Below, in pieces: positions 34,042 through 43,382 of a stretch of 64,000 bases of DNA. The stretch comes from Candidatus Obscuribacterales bacterium (GTDB lineage Bacteria; Cyanobacteriota; Vampirovibrionia; Obscuribacterales; Obscuribacteraceae), in assembly GCA_965228855.1 (NCBI GenBank), contig CBDDIJ010000002.1, forward strand, positions 2,016,001-2,080,000, written 5' to 3'. The position numbers were made by a program, and so were the translations under genes. The notes under the pieces were generated by a model. That model was not told where the DNA came from and ran no database searches. It saw nothing but the letters and a program-made list of their open reading frames with translations. Numbering within the stretch: the first letter of the stretch is position 1; each line of letters begins with the position of its first letter.

Positions 34042-34124
34042 TCGTCTCTCACGGCATCATCTGAACAACAGATGCGTGAATGACCGAATTGAGTAACAGC
34101 ACTCCGGATTTATTATACCCTTAG

Positions 34125-34790
34125 CTAGTTATTTCTGGTGCGATCGTACAAATCTTGCGAAACTGGCTCCAGTGCATCGCCCTTCTGGAGATACACCGCT
34201 ACTGCGACCTGCCGTGCAGACGCTGGATTTTCCTTGCGAATTATTCTTCGGGATAGCACGTTCTTCGAACCGAGGATTGAAACGTCTACGCTGTAGAAGT
34301 TCGCTTTGCACTGAATTTTGACAGGTTCGTTCGTCTCATTTTTGAACTTCAGATCCTGGCGTCCGTACCATACTGTGGCGTCAAGCCCGGGAAGGACCGT
34401 CGAGATCGTTCGCGAATGAGGAGTTCGTTCCTCAATCTTTAAACCGGATTCAAGTGCCGCTTTGTAGATCAGTGATGAAACCAAACAAACGCCACCGCCC
34501 TCGGTGCTGGCGGTACCATTTCCTAAGTAGGTCGGCGCGGCAACGAAGCCGCGTTCATATGTTCGCGGCCCTACGACGCGATTGAATGAGAAGGTTTCGC
34601 CCGGACGAAGAACATATTCGTCGATTCTCCGACAAGCCTGTCCGATATTTACCTTTGACTTACGGTTTAAAGAGGTGATTCTGCTGTGAGCCTGTCCGAC
34701 TGTAGTTTGGCATGGTCGATCTTGCCAGTAACACAGAAGTATCACGAGAGGCAGAAGTATGATCAGATAGGACTTGTCCATCTTGATCAT
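34125..34790 (-). CDS. VanW family protein
   Basis: NI..AC..ID..VL.PGETFSFN..VGPRT...GF, GGGVCLVSS.IY, ERTPHS, GLDATV, DLKFKN; N-terminal signal; ATGA overlap with the A2M stop. Confidence 0.9.
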   Translation of the reverse strand: MIKMDKSYLIILLPLVILLCYWQDRPCQTTVGQAHSRITSLNRKSKVNIGQACRRIDEYVLRPGETFSFNRVVGPRTYERGFVAAPTYLGNGTASTEGGGVCLVSSLIYKAALESGLKIEERTPHSRTISTVLPGLDATVWYGRQDLKFKNETNEPVKIQCKANFYSVDVSILGSKNVLSRRIIRKENPASARQVAVAVYLQKGDALEPVSQDLYDRTRNN

Positions 34791-37700
34791 TTTATTGTCA
34801 GCTCCTCAGACACGGTGTAGCCGCGGATGAGCTTGGTGTACATTCCAGCTAGCGAGACCGGGTTGACGTTGACCTTGCCCGGCAGCTCCATTCTTAACAG
34901 GCAGCTGAACTCTTTCTTGCCTGCCGGAATAGTCGTGCCGAAAAATACGATTTTATCGTCCAGGATATCCTGGTGTGACCACCAGGTTCCACCCCAGTCA
35001 CCGGATATAGTGGCGCTCGAATCTGAGCCTTCGTCTACCGCTTGTTGGGCGCCGCGGCTCTTAACCACTTCAGCACCGCTAGGCAGCGGGCATTCTACGA
35101 TCACATATGGCATCGAAATCGGGCTGTCGACCAATACCTTCATCAGTATGGTTTCGCCGGCCTTGATAGTGCCGCCGTTAAAGGGTTTCGAAACCACTTT
35201 CAAAACGCCGTCAGTGCCTGCCGGTTGAGATTCTAGCCGGTAGAATGTGCGCGACATCGTCAGACCGGCTGGGCTGTTCTTTACGGGGACCGCTTCCCCA
35301 GGTTTCATCGTTTTCGTGTAGCTGAGAATGGTGTTGTAATACAGCTTACCCATTCCAACTTTCTGCAGTTGAACAGCTCCAGTGGCAGGTTTGAAAGTCG
35401 GTAGCGCGAATGATTTTTCTTTGCTGAAACGCTCGCCGCCGGAGAAAGAAATTTCTGTTTGCAGCACGTTGTCCATCAGGACTCTAGCCGAAACCGTCTC
35501 TCCGCTGTTCGCGGCGCTCATGAGCGCGTCGTCCAGGAGGGCGCGCAGAACCTCGCTGGTTGTCTTGGTATTGCACCAGCCGTCGCGATCGCGATGAAGC
35601 ATCATCCACATCTTTATCTGCTCCAGCAGGTCTGTTTTGTCAGACTTGTTAGCCAGCATTGCGCGGAAAGCCAGCGCCGTTGTTTCCTCTCCTGTGTAGC
35701 GGTAGGACCAGTCAGTGACACCAACTAGTTTCAATCGCTTCAACATCGCATCAGTGTGTTCCCAGTCAACTGTAGCATCCGATTTGTTTGCGATAGCGAT
35801 CAAACGATCACTGGCTTTCTGAGCGGATTCTGTTTCGCCCAGGTTTTTGAACGCAAGTGCTGCGTATGCTAATGGCTCAGGCGTGAAAGCTGGTATCTCT
35901 TTCTTGAGCCATGCAATCACAGATGGTGTCGGTTTAGCCTTGTAGACGCTCATGCAATAAACCAATCTAGCCATATCGCAGCGGCGCGTTTCGGCGTTCC
36001 AGTCCTTAACGAGTTTCGGATCGGAAAGTTGTTTCTCCAGGGCAGTAGTGTTGTCCTGCAGCCACTTCAGACCACGAGTTTGCATTGATTGATCTACGCT
36101 GTAGCCGGCATCTTTCAAGAGATAGAGGCCTTCGAGAACAAGCGAAGTCATATAAGGATCGCTCGCGTCGTCCTTCCACCAACCCCAACCGCCGTCGGAA
36201 TGTTGGTGCTCAGACAATTTAGCCATTCCCATCTGACGAACCTTCTCGAATCGTTTAATCGATTCTGGAAGCAAGGGAACGTTCAACTTCTTGTTTAACT
36301 GCATCGCGACGATTGATGGCATAAAGCGCGACATCGTTTGCTCTGTACAACCGTATGGGTAGTCGATCAGCGAGTCGAAAGTGCCCTGCACCTGACCAAT
36401 CACCGATCCGGCAAGATTTACTTGCATCTTTGGTGAGAAGACCTGCCCCACTTCGGCGTGCGAAATCTGAACAGACGGAGTAGCATCGGTCAGGACGCCG
36501 GAGTCTGCATTGAACAATGGGATGCCCAGTGAGTTTACGGGAAGTTTTCTCTCCAGGTAATCTCCGCCCGTCTGACCTTGAGCTTTCACGCGAATCATGC
36601 CGACACCAGGTTTTGCAATCGATACGGGCCAGGTGAATTTGCCAACCTTCTCAGGCTCAACTGACAGATTCTGTGCTAGTGGCAGGTTGGTTTTGAACTG
36701 ATCGGAAACCGTGAGGGTGAGAGTGATGTTTTGCTTTTGATCCGAGTAGTTATGAACCACGGCGGAAATTTCTCCGCCATCACCTTCGGTGTAGAAGCGT
36801 GGCAATGCCAGACGCGCGATGATGTCTTGCGTCACCAGGATTGATTGCGTCGTGGCTCCGACATCGCAGTTCATGCTGACACCGCGGACAGTGGCGCGCC
36901 AGGTTGTGAGATTGTCGGGAAGTACAACATTGGCGGTGACAACACCGTTTGAATCGGTCACGAGGTGCGGAAGCCATGCTGCCGTGTCCTTGAAATTCTT
37001 ACGAAGCCTGGGCTCGTCCAGCGTTTTGTCCGGACCACCGGAATAGCTCTCCGGGAAGGAGCAGAATGTGCTCACTCGATTGGAGCGCTGGTTGTAGAAC
37101 TTCTTGCGAATATCGCCGGCGTTTTCCGGCCTGATGCTATAGATGCTCTCATCGACGACGCCCAGTGAAACTTCTGTGTTCGGTGCCGGTCGACCATCTT
37201 CGTATGTCGCCTTAATCGTATATTTTGCCGTCTCACCGGCTTTGTATTTCGGTTTGTCAGTTTCGATAGCGAGCTTCAAGAAATGATCTTTTGGTGAAAC
37301 CTTGAGCATCTCTGTGCTTGCGTAGAACTGCTTTTTCTTTGCGACCATGGTTACGCCAACGAAGACATTCGGCGCGTATGCTTTGTCGATCGGAATCTCC
37401 ACCAGATTCGCAGTTGCTTTGAGCGGAACAATGCGGTGGCTATATAGAGTTGTTCCTTCTACGGTGACGAGCGCATCGTAGCCTTCTTTGCCGGTGAATG
37501 GCCCTGAAATCATCACACGGGCGGTGTCACCAACGGTGTAAACGCTCTTGTTGAGGGAGATCTTGAAAGATTGCTTCTCTGAATCGCCGCGATAGAACGG
37601 GTACGAATCGCTTGCTACCCAGATAGAGCCGGTATCAAGTATGGTGTCACCCTTGGCGTCTTTAGCCGTGGCTGTGATATAAAAAGTGTCGGTCGGCCAT

Positions 37701-39802
37701 TGCGTGCCGGCGTTTGCTTTGAACAAGACTTTGCCGTCTGGTCCGGTCGTGACGTCGCCTTCGTTTAGAACGACTTCCTTTTCTTCAGTGTGGGTTACTG
37801 CGTTCCAAGGGAAACGTGAAACTTTGACGTGCACTTTCTGATTGGCAAGCGGCTTACCGTCATAGTCGCGAGCTTCTATGGTGGCCTCGACCCCTTCGCC
37901 AGCCCGCACTACATAGTTGGTCGGGTCTACAAACAGGGCGAAATCTCCAGGCGTTACGGAGACATGCCCGCTGCCGGTTACGGTTAGCTGACTTATGTCA
38001 GTGACCTCGGCTTCTATTTTGTAATCGCGCTCGCGATACTCATAGAAGTAGCTGGACGATGCGTAGTTGGGTTCCACTTTCTTGGTGTCGAAAGTAATTG
38101 TTGCCTGACCGTTTTCGTCGGTTTGCGCGACGCCTTCAGTGAGGAAGCTGCCACCATAGTCATAGTCGCCTTCGCCATCATTGTCATTCCAGTCGTCATA
38201 GAATTCTTCGTAAGCTGGTCGTGGTTGCAGCTTATAGCGGATCGAATAGTCCGGCGAAGCATAGACGGAGTATTTGACGCGCGCATTAGCGACTGGTCCG
38301 CCAAAGAAATAGGTAGCGTTTAGTGTGGCCGAAACCTTGCTGCCGGCAGTCACGCGAGGCGCATTCGGTTTGATTTCAATCTTGTATTCAGGCTTTCTGT
38401 ATTGATCTACTTCAAAATATTCGTAGTCGGTATTGCCGGTCGATGCATATGTGAGTTTGCATGAATAGCCGCCGGTCTTGCCCTCTTCAGGGATGTTGAA
38501 CGTGCCATTGAAGGTTCCGAATTTTGTTGTCTTAATAGTTCCCGAATATAATTGAACGTTGGACGGATCCTCGATGACAACGGTAATTTCCTCTCCTTCG
38601 CCGATGTTCTCGAATCCTTTAGCTGTCAGTTGTCTGGCAACTCCTTTGAAGCAAACCGTTTGTCCAAGCCGGTAAATGGGCCTGTCGGTATAGAAGTAAG
38701 TGGTGATGTCATCGCTACTGCCGCCGTAGTAGTAGCCTCCGGCTGCGTAGGCCGTGTGACCTTGACGCTCTCCGATGATCGTCGACTCGTAATTCTCTCC
38801 ATCGCCGTGCTTGATGAATGCGATGCCGTCCGCGCCGGTAGTGGCTTTAGCGAGGACTTTGCTGGCATCCGAATCCTTGGGAATCATGCTCAGATTGACT
38901 CCACTGATACCGGCAAGCGTGTTTAAATCAATCGCGCGAACAAGAGTCCCCTCAGGCGAATGCTTGGCTACAAGCCCGATATCGCTTACCGTGAACCAGG
39001 AAATTGCCGTGCACTGTTTTTCTCCCGTGAGATCTTTGCACTCTGCCACCACGAAGTAATCTCCGGGCGTTAGATCTTTGTCCAGTTTGAAATCAGCTCT
39101 GCTTGAGTCTTCGAAATTGGGCGAGAGGTGGCGTTTGAGCTCTTTGATCGGTTTTTCCGCCGTCGCAAATGGATTGGTCAATTTCGAATTGTATGAACCG
39201 TACAAACTCAAGTCATTCGACATATGCATGTCGACTTTGGGCAAAACATTTATTGCGGTCGATAAAAACGGTTTCTTGTAAAGCTTGACTGTTGCTTCAG
39301 TGGCACCGGTCGCGCGGATCCAGAACGAAGGATTCTCTTGTGTGGTGAAGACGCGCACGTTGCTGGCTATCGTCACGGACGGTTCCAGTACATGCAGTTT
39401 GATCGTATCAGGAAGCGCCTGGATTTTGCCATCTTTAACCTGCACACCCTGGACATATTCGGTTTCGAAACCGGGTGCGCGAACCTTAATTTCGTACTCA
39501 CCGACCGGAAGCTGGTCGATTGTGAATGTGCCGTCTTCCTTTACCCATGCGCCTCGAGCCAGAGTGATGCCGTCTCTGGGTCCAGTCGCCACTGCATAGA
39601 CTTTGTTTTGCCGAATGTCATAGGAATACAATCCGAATTTCTTTTCTTCCAGCGCTATGGACCCGCTCACAGAGCCGGACGGTCGCTGAAGGAAAATCGC
39701 AAGTGCCGCGGCGACTAACGCGTAAAGCAGCATAACTTCCCATGACAGGAAGAGGTTGCGTTGTGGTGATTGATTGGTTTTATCTGTAGACATCGGCATC
39801 AA
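34787..39802 (-). CDS. Bacterial alpha-2-macroglobulin with intact thioester motif
   Basis: YTDRPIYRLGQ, YRKPEY, GVVDESIY, RKNFKDTAAW, LPDNLTTWR, YPYGCTEQ (CxEQ thioester), QHSDGGWGWW, WCNTKTT, PLPSGAE; N-terminal TM plus carboxypeptidase-regulatory-like domain. Confidence 0.95.
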   Translation of the reverse strand: MMPMSTDKTNQSPQRNLFLSWEVMLLYALVAAALAIFLQRPSGSVSGSIALEEKKFGLYSYDIRQNKVYAVATGPRDGITLARGAWVKEDGTFTIDQLPVGEYEIKVRAPGFETEYVQGVQVKDGKIQALPDTIKLHVLEPSVTIASNVRVFTTQENPSFWIRATGATEATVKLYKKPFLSTAINVLPKVDMHMSNDLSLYGSYNSKLTNPFATAEKPIKELKRHLSPNFEDSSRADFKLDKDLTPGDYFVVAECKDLTGEKQCTAISWFTVSDIGLVAKHSPEGTLVRAIDLNTLAGISGVNLSMIPKDSDASKVLAKATTGADGIAFIKHGDGENYESTIIGERQGHTAYAAGGYYYGGSSDDITTYFYTDRPIYRLGQTVCFKGVARQLTAKGFENIGEGEEITVVIEDPSNVQLYSGTIKTTKFGTFNGTFNIPEEGKTGGYSCKLTYASTGNTDYEYFEVDQYRKPEYKIEIKPNAPRVTAGSKVSATLNATYFFGGPVANARVKYSVYASPDYSIRYKLQPRPAYEEFYDDWNDNDGEGDYDYGGSFLTEGVAQTDENGQATITFDTKKVEPNYASSSYFYEYRERDYKIEAEVTDISQLTVTGSGHVSVTPGDFALFVDPTNYVVRAGEGVEATIEARDYDGKPLANQKVHVKVSRFPWNAVTHTEEKEVVLNEGDVTTGPDGKVLFKANAGTQWPTDTFYITATAKDAKGDTILDTGSIWVASDSYPFYRGDSEKQSFKISLNKSVYTVGDTARVMISGPFTGKEGYDALVTVEGTTLYSHRIVPLKATANLVEIPIDKAYAPNVFVGVTMVAKKKQFYASTEMLKVSPKDHFLKLAIETDKPKYKAGETAKYTIKATYEDGRPAPNTEVSLGVVDESIYSIRPENAGDIRKKFYNQRSNRVSTFCSFPESYSGGPDKTLDEPRLRKNFKDTAAWLPHLVTDSNGVVTANVVLPDNLTTWRATVRGVSMNCDVGATTQSILVTQDIIARLALPRFYTEGDGGEISAVVHNYSDQKQNITLTLTVSDQFKTNLPLAQNLSVEPEKVGKFTWPVSIAKPGVGMIRVKAQGQTGGDYLERKLPVNSLGIPLFNADSGVLTDATPSVQISHAEVGQVFSPKMQVNLAGSVIGQVQGTFDSLIDYPYGCTEQTMSRFMPSIVAMQLNKKLNVPLLPESIKRFEKVRQMGMAKLSEHQHSDGGWGWWKDDASDPYMTSLVLEGLYLLKDAGYSVDQSMQTRGLKWLQDNTTALEKQLSDPKLVKDWNAETRRCDMARLVYCMSVYKAKPTPSVIAWLKKEIPAFTPEPLAYAALAFKNLGETESAQKASDRLIAIANKSDATVDWEHTDAMLKRLKLVGVTDWSYRYTGEETTALAFRAMLANKSDKTDLLEQIKMWMMLHRDRDGWCNTKTTSEVLRALLDDALMSAANSGETVSARVLMDNVLQTEISFSGGERFSKEKSFALPTFKPATGAVQLQKVGMGKLYYNTILSYTKTMKPGEAVPVKNSPAGLTMSRTFYRLESQPAGTDGVLKVVSKPFNGGTIKAGETILMKVLVDSPISMPYVIVECPLPSGAEVVKSRGAQQAVDEGSDSSATISGDWGGTWWSHQDILDDKIVFFGTTIPAGKKEFSCLLRMELPGKVNVNPVSLAGMYTKLIRGYTVSEELTIK

Positions 39803-40583
39803 TTCTGTACAGTTGGCATTGTTGGGATGATGGGATTCCGGCTTTTAGTTTGGTTTTCACCAGCTGATAGTGAGGGTCGCTCGCTTCACCCGGTAATAGA
39901 ACCGCTCCTTTGCCTCCGGCTCGCACCATTAGACCTTGTTTCAAAGGCTGCATGGTACTTATGGAGTTTATAGGAACGATCCTCTTTACTACGGTTACTT
40001 GAGGTATAAGTAGATTAATCTCGCTCTTTTTTATTTTTGAATATCGGTAGTCCTTGTTTAACGCATCTTCAGTTGTGTAGATCGTGGATTCGACGAGGTT
40101 TTTGTGAGTGGCAGCCACATTGCCCCAGCAGGCCCGCGTATCGCCGTTTTTGATCAAGGTGATAAACAGTCCCGCGTTTTTCTGATGATGTTTTTTGACG
40201 GAAAATCTTTTTGCAAGCTCGTCAAGTGAAAGCGTCCTCCAGCTTTCGTTTTCATCTGCACCGAAGTGGTGAAGAATCGTGAGCCGTGCAATCTCGGGTA
40301 ACGATGCGTCGATTGTCCCACCGATAGTTTCCTTTGAAAACATTGTCTTTCTGCCGCTAGACTTGCCTTTCGGCACTTCTGTTTGATTTACGTGTTGCTC
40401 GATGTTTTTAGTGAGGAGGGTTTCATTGAAGGCTGGCGCTGCGAATATTGTTTCGAAAGAGCTGATGGGCGGCTTGATCTGCAGCGATTTTTCAATCTCT
40501 CCATTACAATATGGCGACCATTCAAGTGTGACGGCAAGACATAACAAGGTCGTCAGGCATAGTAAGACAGATTGCATTAGCAC
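39780..40583 (-). CDS. AMMECR1-domain protein with N-terminal signal/anchor
   Basis: GLFITL...DTRACWG (compare LRGCIG), DYRY..I...EI, GLMV..G.KGAVLLPGEA, KLKAG; overlaps the A2M start. Confidence 0.8.
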   Translation of the reverse strand: MLMQSVLLCLTTLLCLAVTLEWSPYCNGEIEKSLQIKPPISSFETIFAAPAFNETLLTKNIEQHVNQTEVPKGKSSGRKTMFSKETIGGTIDASLPEIARLTILHHFGADENESWRTLSLDELAKRFSVKKHHQKNAGLFITLIKNGDTRACWGNVAATHKNLVESTIYTTEDALNKDYRYSKIKKSEINLLIPQVTVVKRIVPINSISTMQPLKQGLMVRAGGKGAVLLPGEASDPHYQLVKTKLKAGIPSSQQCQLYRIDADVYR

Positions 40584-40718
40584 TCTCTCGTTGCTTGTGA
40601 AAGATCTACGGAGCCCTGGAGACTATTATGGGAGTGCTCCGCTAAACTGTTGGAAACCGCAGGTTGAAACCGTGTGAGATGATTGTAAACTTTGTCGCGG
40701 AGAAAAATTCGATTCTTG

Positions 40719-41705
40719 ATGGCACGCAAAGATGATACGGCAAAACAGGCGGAAAGCCTCAACAGACGACGGTTTCTGAAGTCGATGTTTGGGCTCGGCG
40801 GTGCGCTGGAGGCAACTCAGAGCGAACCTGAAGAGGCTGCCGCAGCTAATCCGAGTTCCAAGAAGGCAGTGAAATCTTCCGCTGCGACAGGGGCTCTATT
40901 TTTCTGGGCTGATTTGCAAAATGGCAACGTCGGTTTTCCATCGGGGCTACAAGTGCCGCATTCGCGTGCCGGTAGTGTTATGAAGTTGATCACTGCAGCA
41001 TGTCTTTTAGAGGAAGGCGTTTTTAATCCGAACGAAACAGAAGAATGCACGGGGTCGGTCTCTATCGGCGGGGAAACTTATGGCTGCGGAAAAGGGCATG
41101 GAATCCTGACAATCGATCAGGCGATCGCGCTATCGTGCAATGTGTTTTTTGCGAAAGTGTCGCGCAAAATAGGTCCGATGGCGATCATCGATTACGCCAG
41201 GAAGTTCGGAATGGATTCACCTGCAGCCGGCTTCAAATGTGGTGCCTTTCCCACTAAACCGAAAGCTTCGACAGCTAGATACGCGCTGGGTCTGTCGGAC
41301 GATATGCAGCCAAGCGCTCTCCAAATGCTTAGGCTGGCTGCTATCTTCGGAACTGAAGGCAAGGTGCCGGCTATGAAAAACGCGGGCATGTTTGATGTGA
41401 ATGATCTGAGTATCAAACCGTTTTCACTGGATTTAAGAGAGACGACGTTTCGCCGAATTCGTAAGGGAATGGTCCTAGCCTGTGAGCAAGGTACAGCAAT
41501 GAAGCTTGATCCCGAGCACAAATTGAAAGTCGCAGCTAAGACGGGAACCGTTCCTCATGGGAAGAACTTTGAATCTTGGGTAATTGGTTATTTCCCATAC
41601 GATAAGCCTGTACATGCCTTTTGCTTGTTTGCACCATCAGGAACCAGTCGCGATAGCGCCGTGCCGCAAGCTCGCGATAAGCTGATGTCGGTTTACTGGC
41701 CGTGA
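40719..41705 (+). CDS. Stand-alone penicillin-binding transpeptidase domain with twin-arginine signal
   Basis: SxxK (GSVMK), SxN (SCN), KTG (AKTGT); N-terminal NRRRFLK. Confidence 0.85.
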   Translation: MARKDDTAKQAESLNRRRFLKSMFGLGGALEATQSEPEEAAAANPSSKKAVKSSAATGALFFWADLQNGNVGFPSGLQVPHSRAGSVMKLITAACLLEEGVFNPNETEECTGSVSIGGETYGCGKGHGILTIDQAIALSCNVFFAKVSRKIGPMAIIDYARKFGMDSPAAGFKCGAFPTKPKASTARYALGLSDDMQPSALQMLRLAAIFGTEGKVPAMKNAGMFDVNDLSIKPFSLDLRETTFRRIRKGMVLACEQGTAMKLDPEHKLKVAAKTGTVPHGKNFESWVIGYFPYDKPVHAFCLFAPSGTSRDSAVPQARDKLMSVYWP

Positions 41706-42907
41706 GCCCAGTTAGTATGCTGATGTGGTTTTGCATATCAAAGTTTAGACTGATACTACTGCTGGTGGTCCTCGCTGGCTTGAATGGGGCTCCTGCACTT
41801 GCGCTGCCGTCTAACTTGCGAGTGAAACTGTTCGAAGCGCACGGTAGACTCGAGTCCGTGCATATTCGCGGTCCGCTCGATATCGTAGTACCAGGACAAA
41901 AGAGGATCTCTAAAGCTGAGTGGATAAGGGTCTCCTCAAGAAATGGGCAGATAGAGTTGTTTTCGTCTGGCAACTCGCATCATTCGTTTTTGTCCTGTCA
42001 AAAGTTGGTTGTACAACCGCTAGATCGTCGCGGAGTGCGAATTAAAGTCAATCGAGACAACATAGAAAGAGCCTATCTTGGCCGATTGAACTTCTCTGTC
42101 GGCGAAACGGCCAAACTTCCGTCACTGAAGATAGTCAACGAGCTGCCTACATTTGAATACGTGGCTTCTGTTGTTGGTTCCGAGTCGCCTGTTCGGAGTC
42201 CGCCAGAGGCAATGAAGGCGCTGGCTGTTTTAGTCATCGCTATTGTCGAACAGAAAGGCGAACGCAGCTTGGTTGGTGACTCGACCAAAGAGCAAGCTTA
42301 TAAAGGATGCGAGCACGCAACGCCATCAGTCTTCGCCGCTGTCAAAGCCGTGTACGGCAAGCGGCTTTTTTATAAGAATTCGCCTGTACAAGCATTTTTT
42401 CACTCTACCTGCGCCGGTGGCACTAGTCGAGGCGTCGACATCTTTGGTAAGAATGCCGGACCGCTTGTTTATCTGGAGTCGGTGCCGTGCGAGTACTGCA
42501 AGAACTCACCGTTCTGGGATTTGAAGGTTTCCTCGTTGCCGTTATCGACAATGAAGCAGGCGTTCGGGGGAAGACTGAGTGCCACTAAATACGATGCTCA
42601 AGATCGTCCAACACAAGTAGAGGTTCTGGACGGTAAGTCGGCCGGCAACGTGATGTCCGGTTACGAGGCGTGGCTCAGAATTGGTCGAACTTACGGCTGG
42701 GGAAAGGTGCCAGGGACTCGCTACCAATTTCGTGATAACAACGAGAAATTGGTGGATATCGAATCGTCAGGTGCTGGCCATGGCGTAGGTTATTGCCAAT
42801 GGGGAGGCGTGGGTATGGCAAAGCAAGGGAAGAAGTACGACGAGATTCTGAGGTTTTATTTTCCGAAGTGTAATCTTCGGACGATTGCGGTGAGGGCGCC
42901 TCGTTAA
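41702..42907 (+). CDS. SpoIID/LytB-family lytic transglycosylase
   Basis: VNEL..FEYVASVVGSE (catalytic Glu), EAMKALAV, DST..QAYKG, FHSTCAGGT, GAGHGVGYCQWG, YDEILRFYFP; signal peptide; GTGA overlap with the PBP gene. Confidence 0.9.
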   Translation: MSPVSMLMWFCISKFRLILLLVVLAGLNGAPALALPSNLRVKLFEAHGRLESVHIRGPLDIVVPGQKRISKAEWIRVSSRNGQIELFSSGNSHHSFLSCQKLVVQPLDRRGVRIKVNRDNIERAYLGRLNFSVGETAKLPSLKIVNELPTFEYVASVVGSESPVRSPPEAMKALAVLVIAIVEQKGERSLVGDSTKEQAYKGCEHATPSVFAAVKAVYGKRLFYKNSPVQAFFHSTCAGGTSRGVDIFGKNAGPLVYLESVPCEYCKNSPFWDLKVSSLPLSTMKQAFGGRLSATKYDAQDRPTQVEVLDGKSAGNVMSGYEAWLRIGRTYGWGKVPGTRYQFRDNNEKLVDIESSGAGHGVGYCQWGGVGMAKQGKKYDEILRFYFPKCNLRTIAVRAPR

Positions 42908-43275
42908 AGAAAAATCTCTGAAAATCTTTTGATGGTCTTTGGGTGCCGCCGTTTGGACGCCAAGAGAAGCTCTTTTGGTGATGTCGCTGTTAATAAGGGG
43001 TTCTCTTGCTTCTAAGAAAAACCTCTGAAAATCTTTAGCAACGCCAGGCGATGAAATATGACGATATCAGGCGAGCAATTGATGACTCTTACAAGTTATG
43101 CGTAGTGAGAATATCTTTCGACGAAAAACTATTCGTAGTAAGCATTTTATTCGTCCTAAGAATAATAATCGCGCGAAAATTATTCCAATTGCGACTGTTG
43201 CGCTGGGAAGATTCACATCGGCTCGATGTGACGCCACGACTATTTCGTCACTAAGAAAAAACTCTGAAAGTCTTT
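42907..43275. repeat. Three dispersed 23-bp direct repeats, consensus AAGAAAAAnCTCTGAAArTCTTT
   Basis: Copies at 42907-42929, 43014-43036 and 43253-43275, differing at only two positions. Partial inverted copy AAAAGATTTTT at 43295-43305. Confidence 0.85.
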
Positions 43276-43315
43276 TTCTAACTCTAGGAACCCCAAAAGA
43301 TTTTTCGAAAAAATT

Positions 43316-43340
43316 GAACTTTTAGCCTCCGTTTTCCGTA
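43316..43340 (+). promoter_or_regulatory. Possible ECF-sigma promoter upstream of the DUF6088 gene
   Basis: GAACTT-N15-CGTA, followed by AGGAGG (43368-43373) 9 nt before ATG 43383. Confidence 0.35.
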
Positions 43341-43382
43341 TTTATAAGTAGAAGCAGTTTCACCACGAGGAGGGTGAGTTAT

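Noticed and set aside
34125..34790. Vancomycin-resistance cluster suggested by VanW
   Set aside because: No vanHAX/vanB ligase or vanRS genes; VanW domains are widespread outside resistance loci.
41747..41761. Exact 15-nt match AGACTGATACTACTG with 59641-59655
   Set aside because: About two such direct 15-mer matches are expected by chance in 64 kb (64000^2/2/4^15), and the flanks do not extend convincingly.
42907..43275. CRISPR array interpretation of the 23-bp repeats
   Set aside because: Only three copies, spacers of 84 and 216 bp are too long and unequal, and there are no cas genes in the window.
43051..43325. Short ORFs 43051..43254 and 43098..43325
   Set aside because: No recognisable motif or clear SD; they lie in the AT-rich repeat and hairpin region, which looks regulatory.
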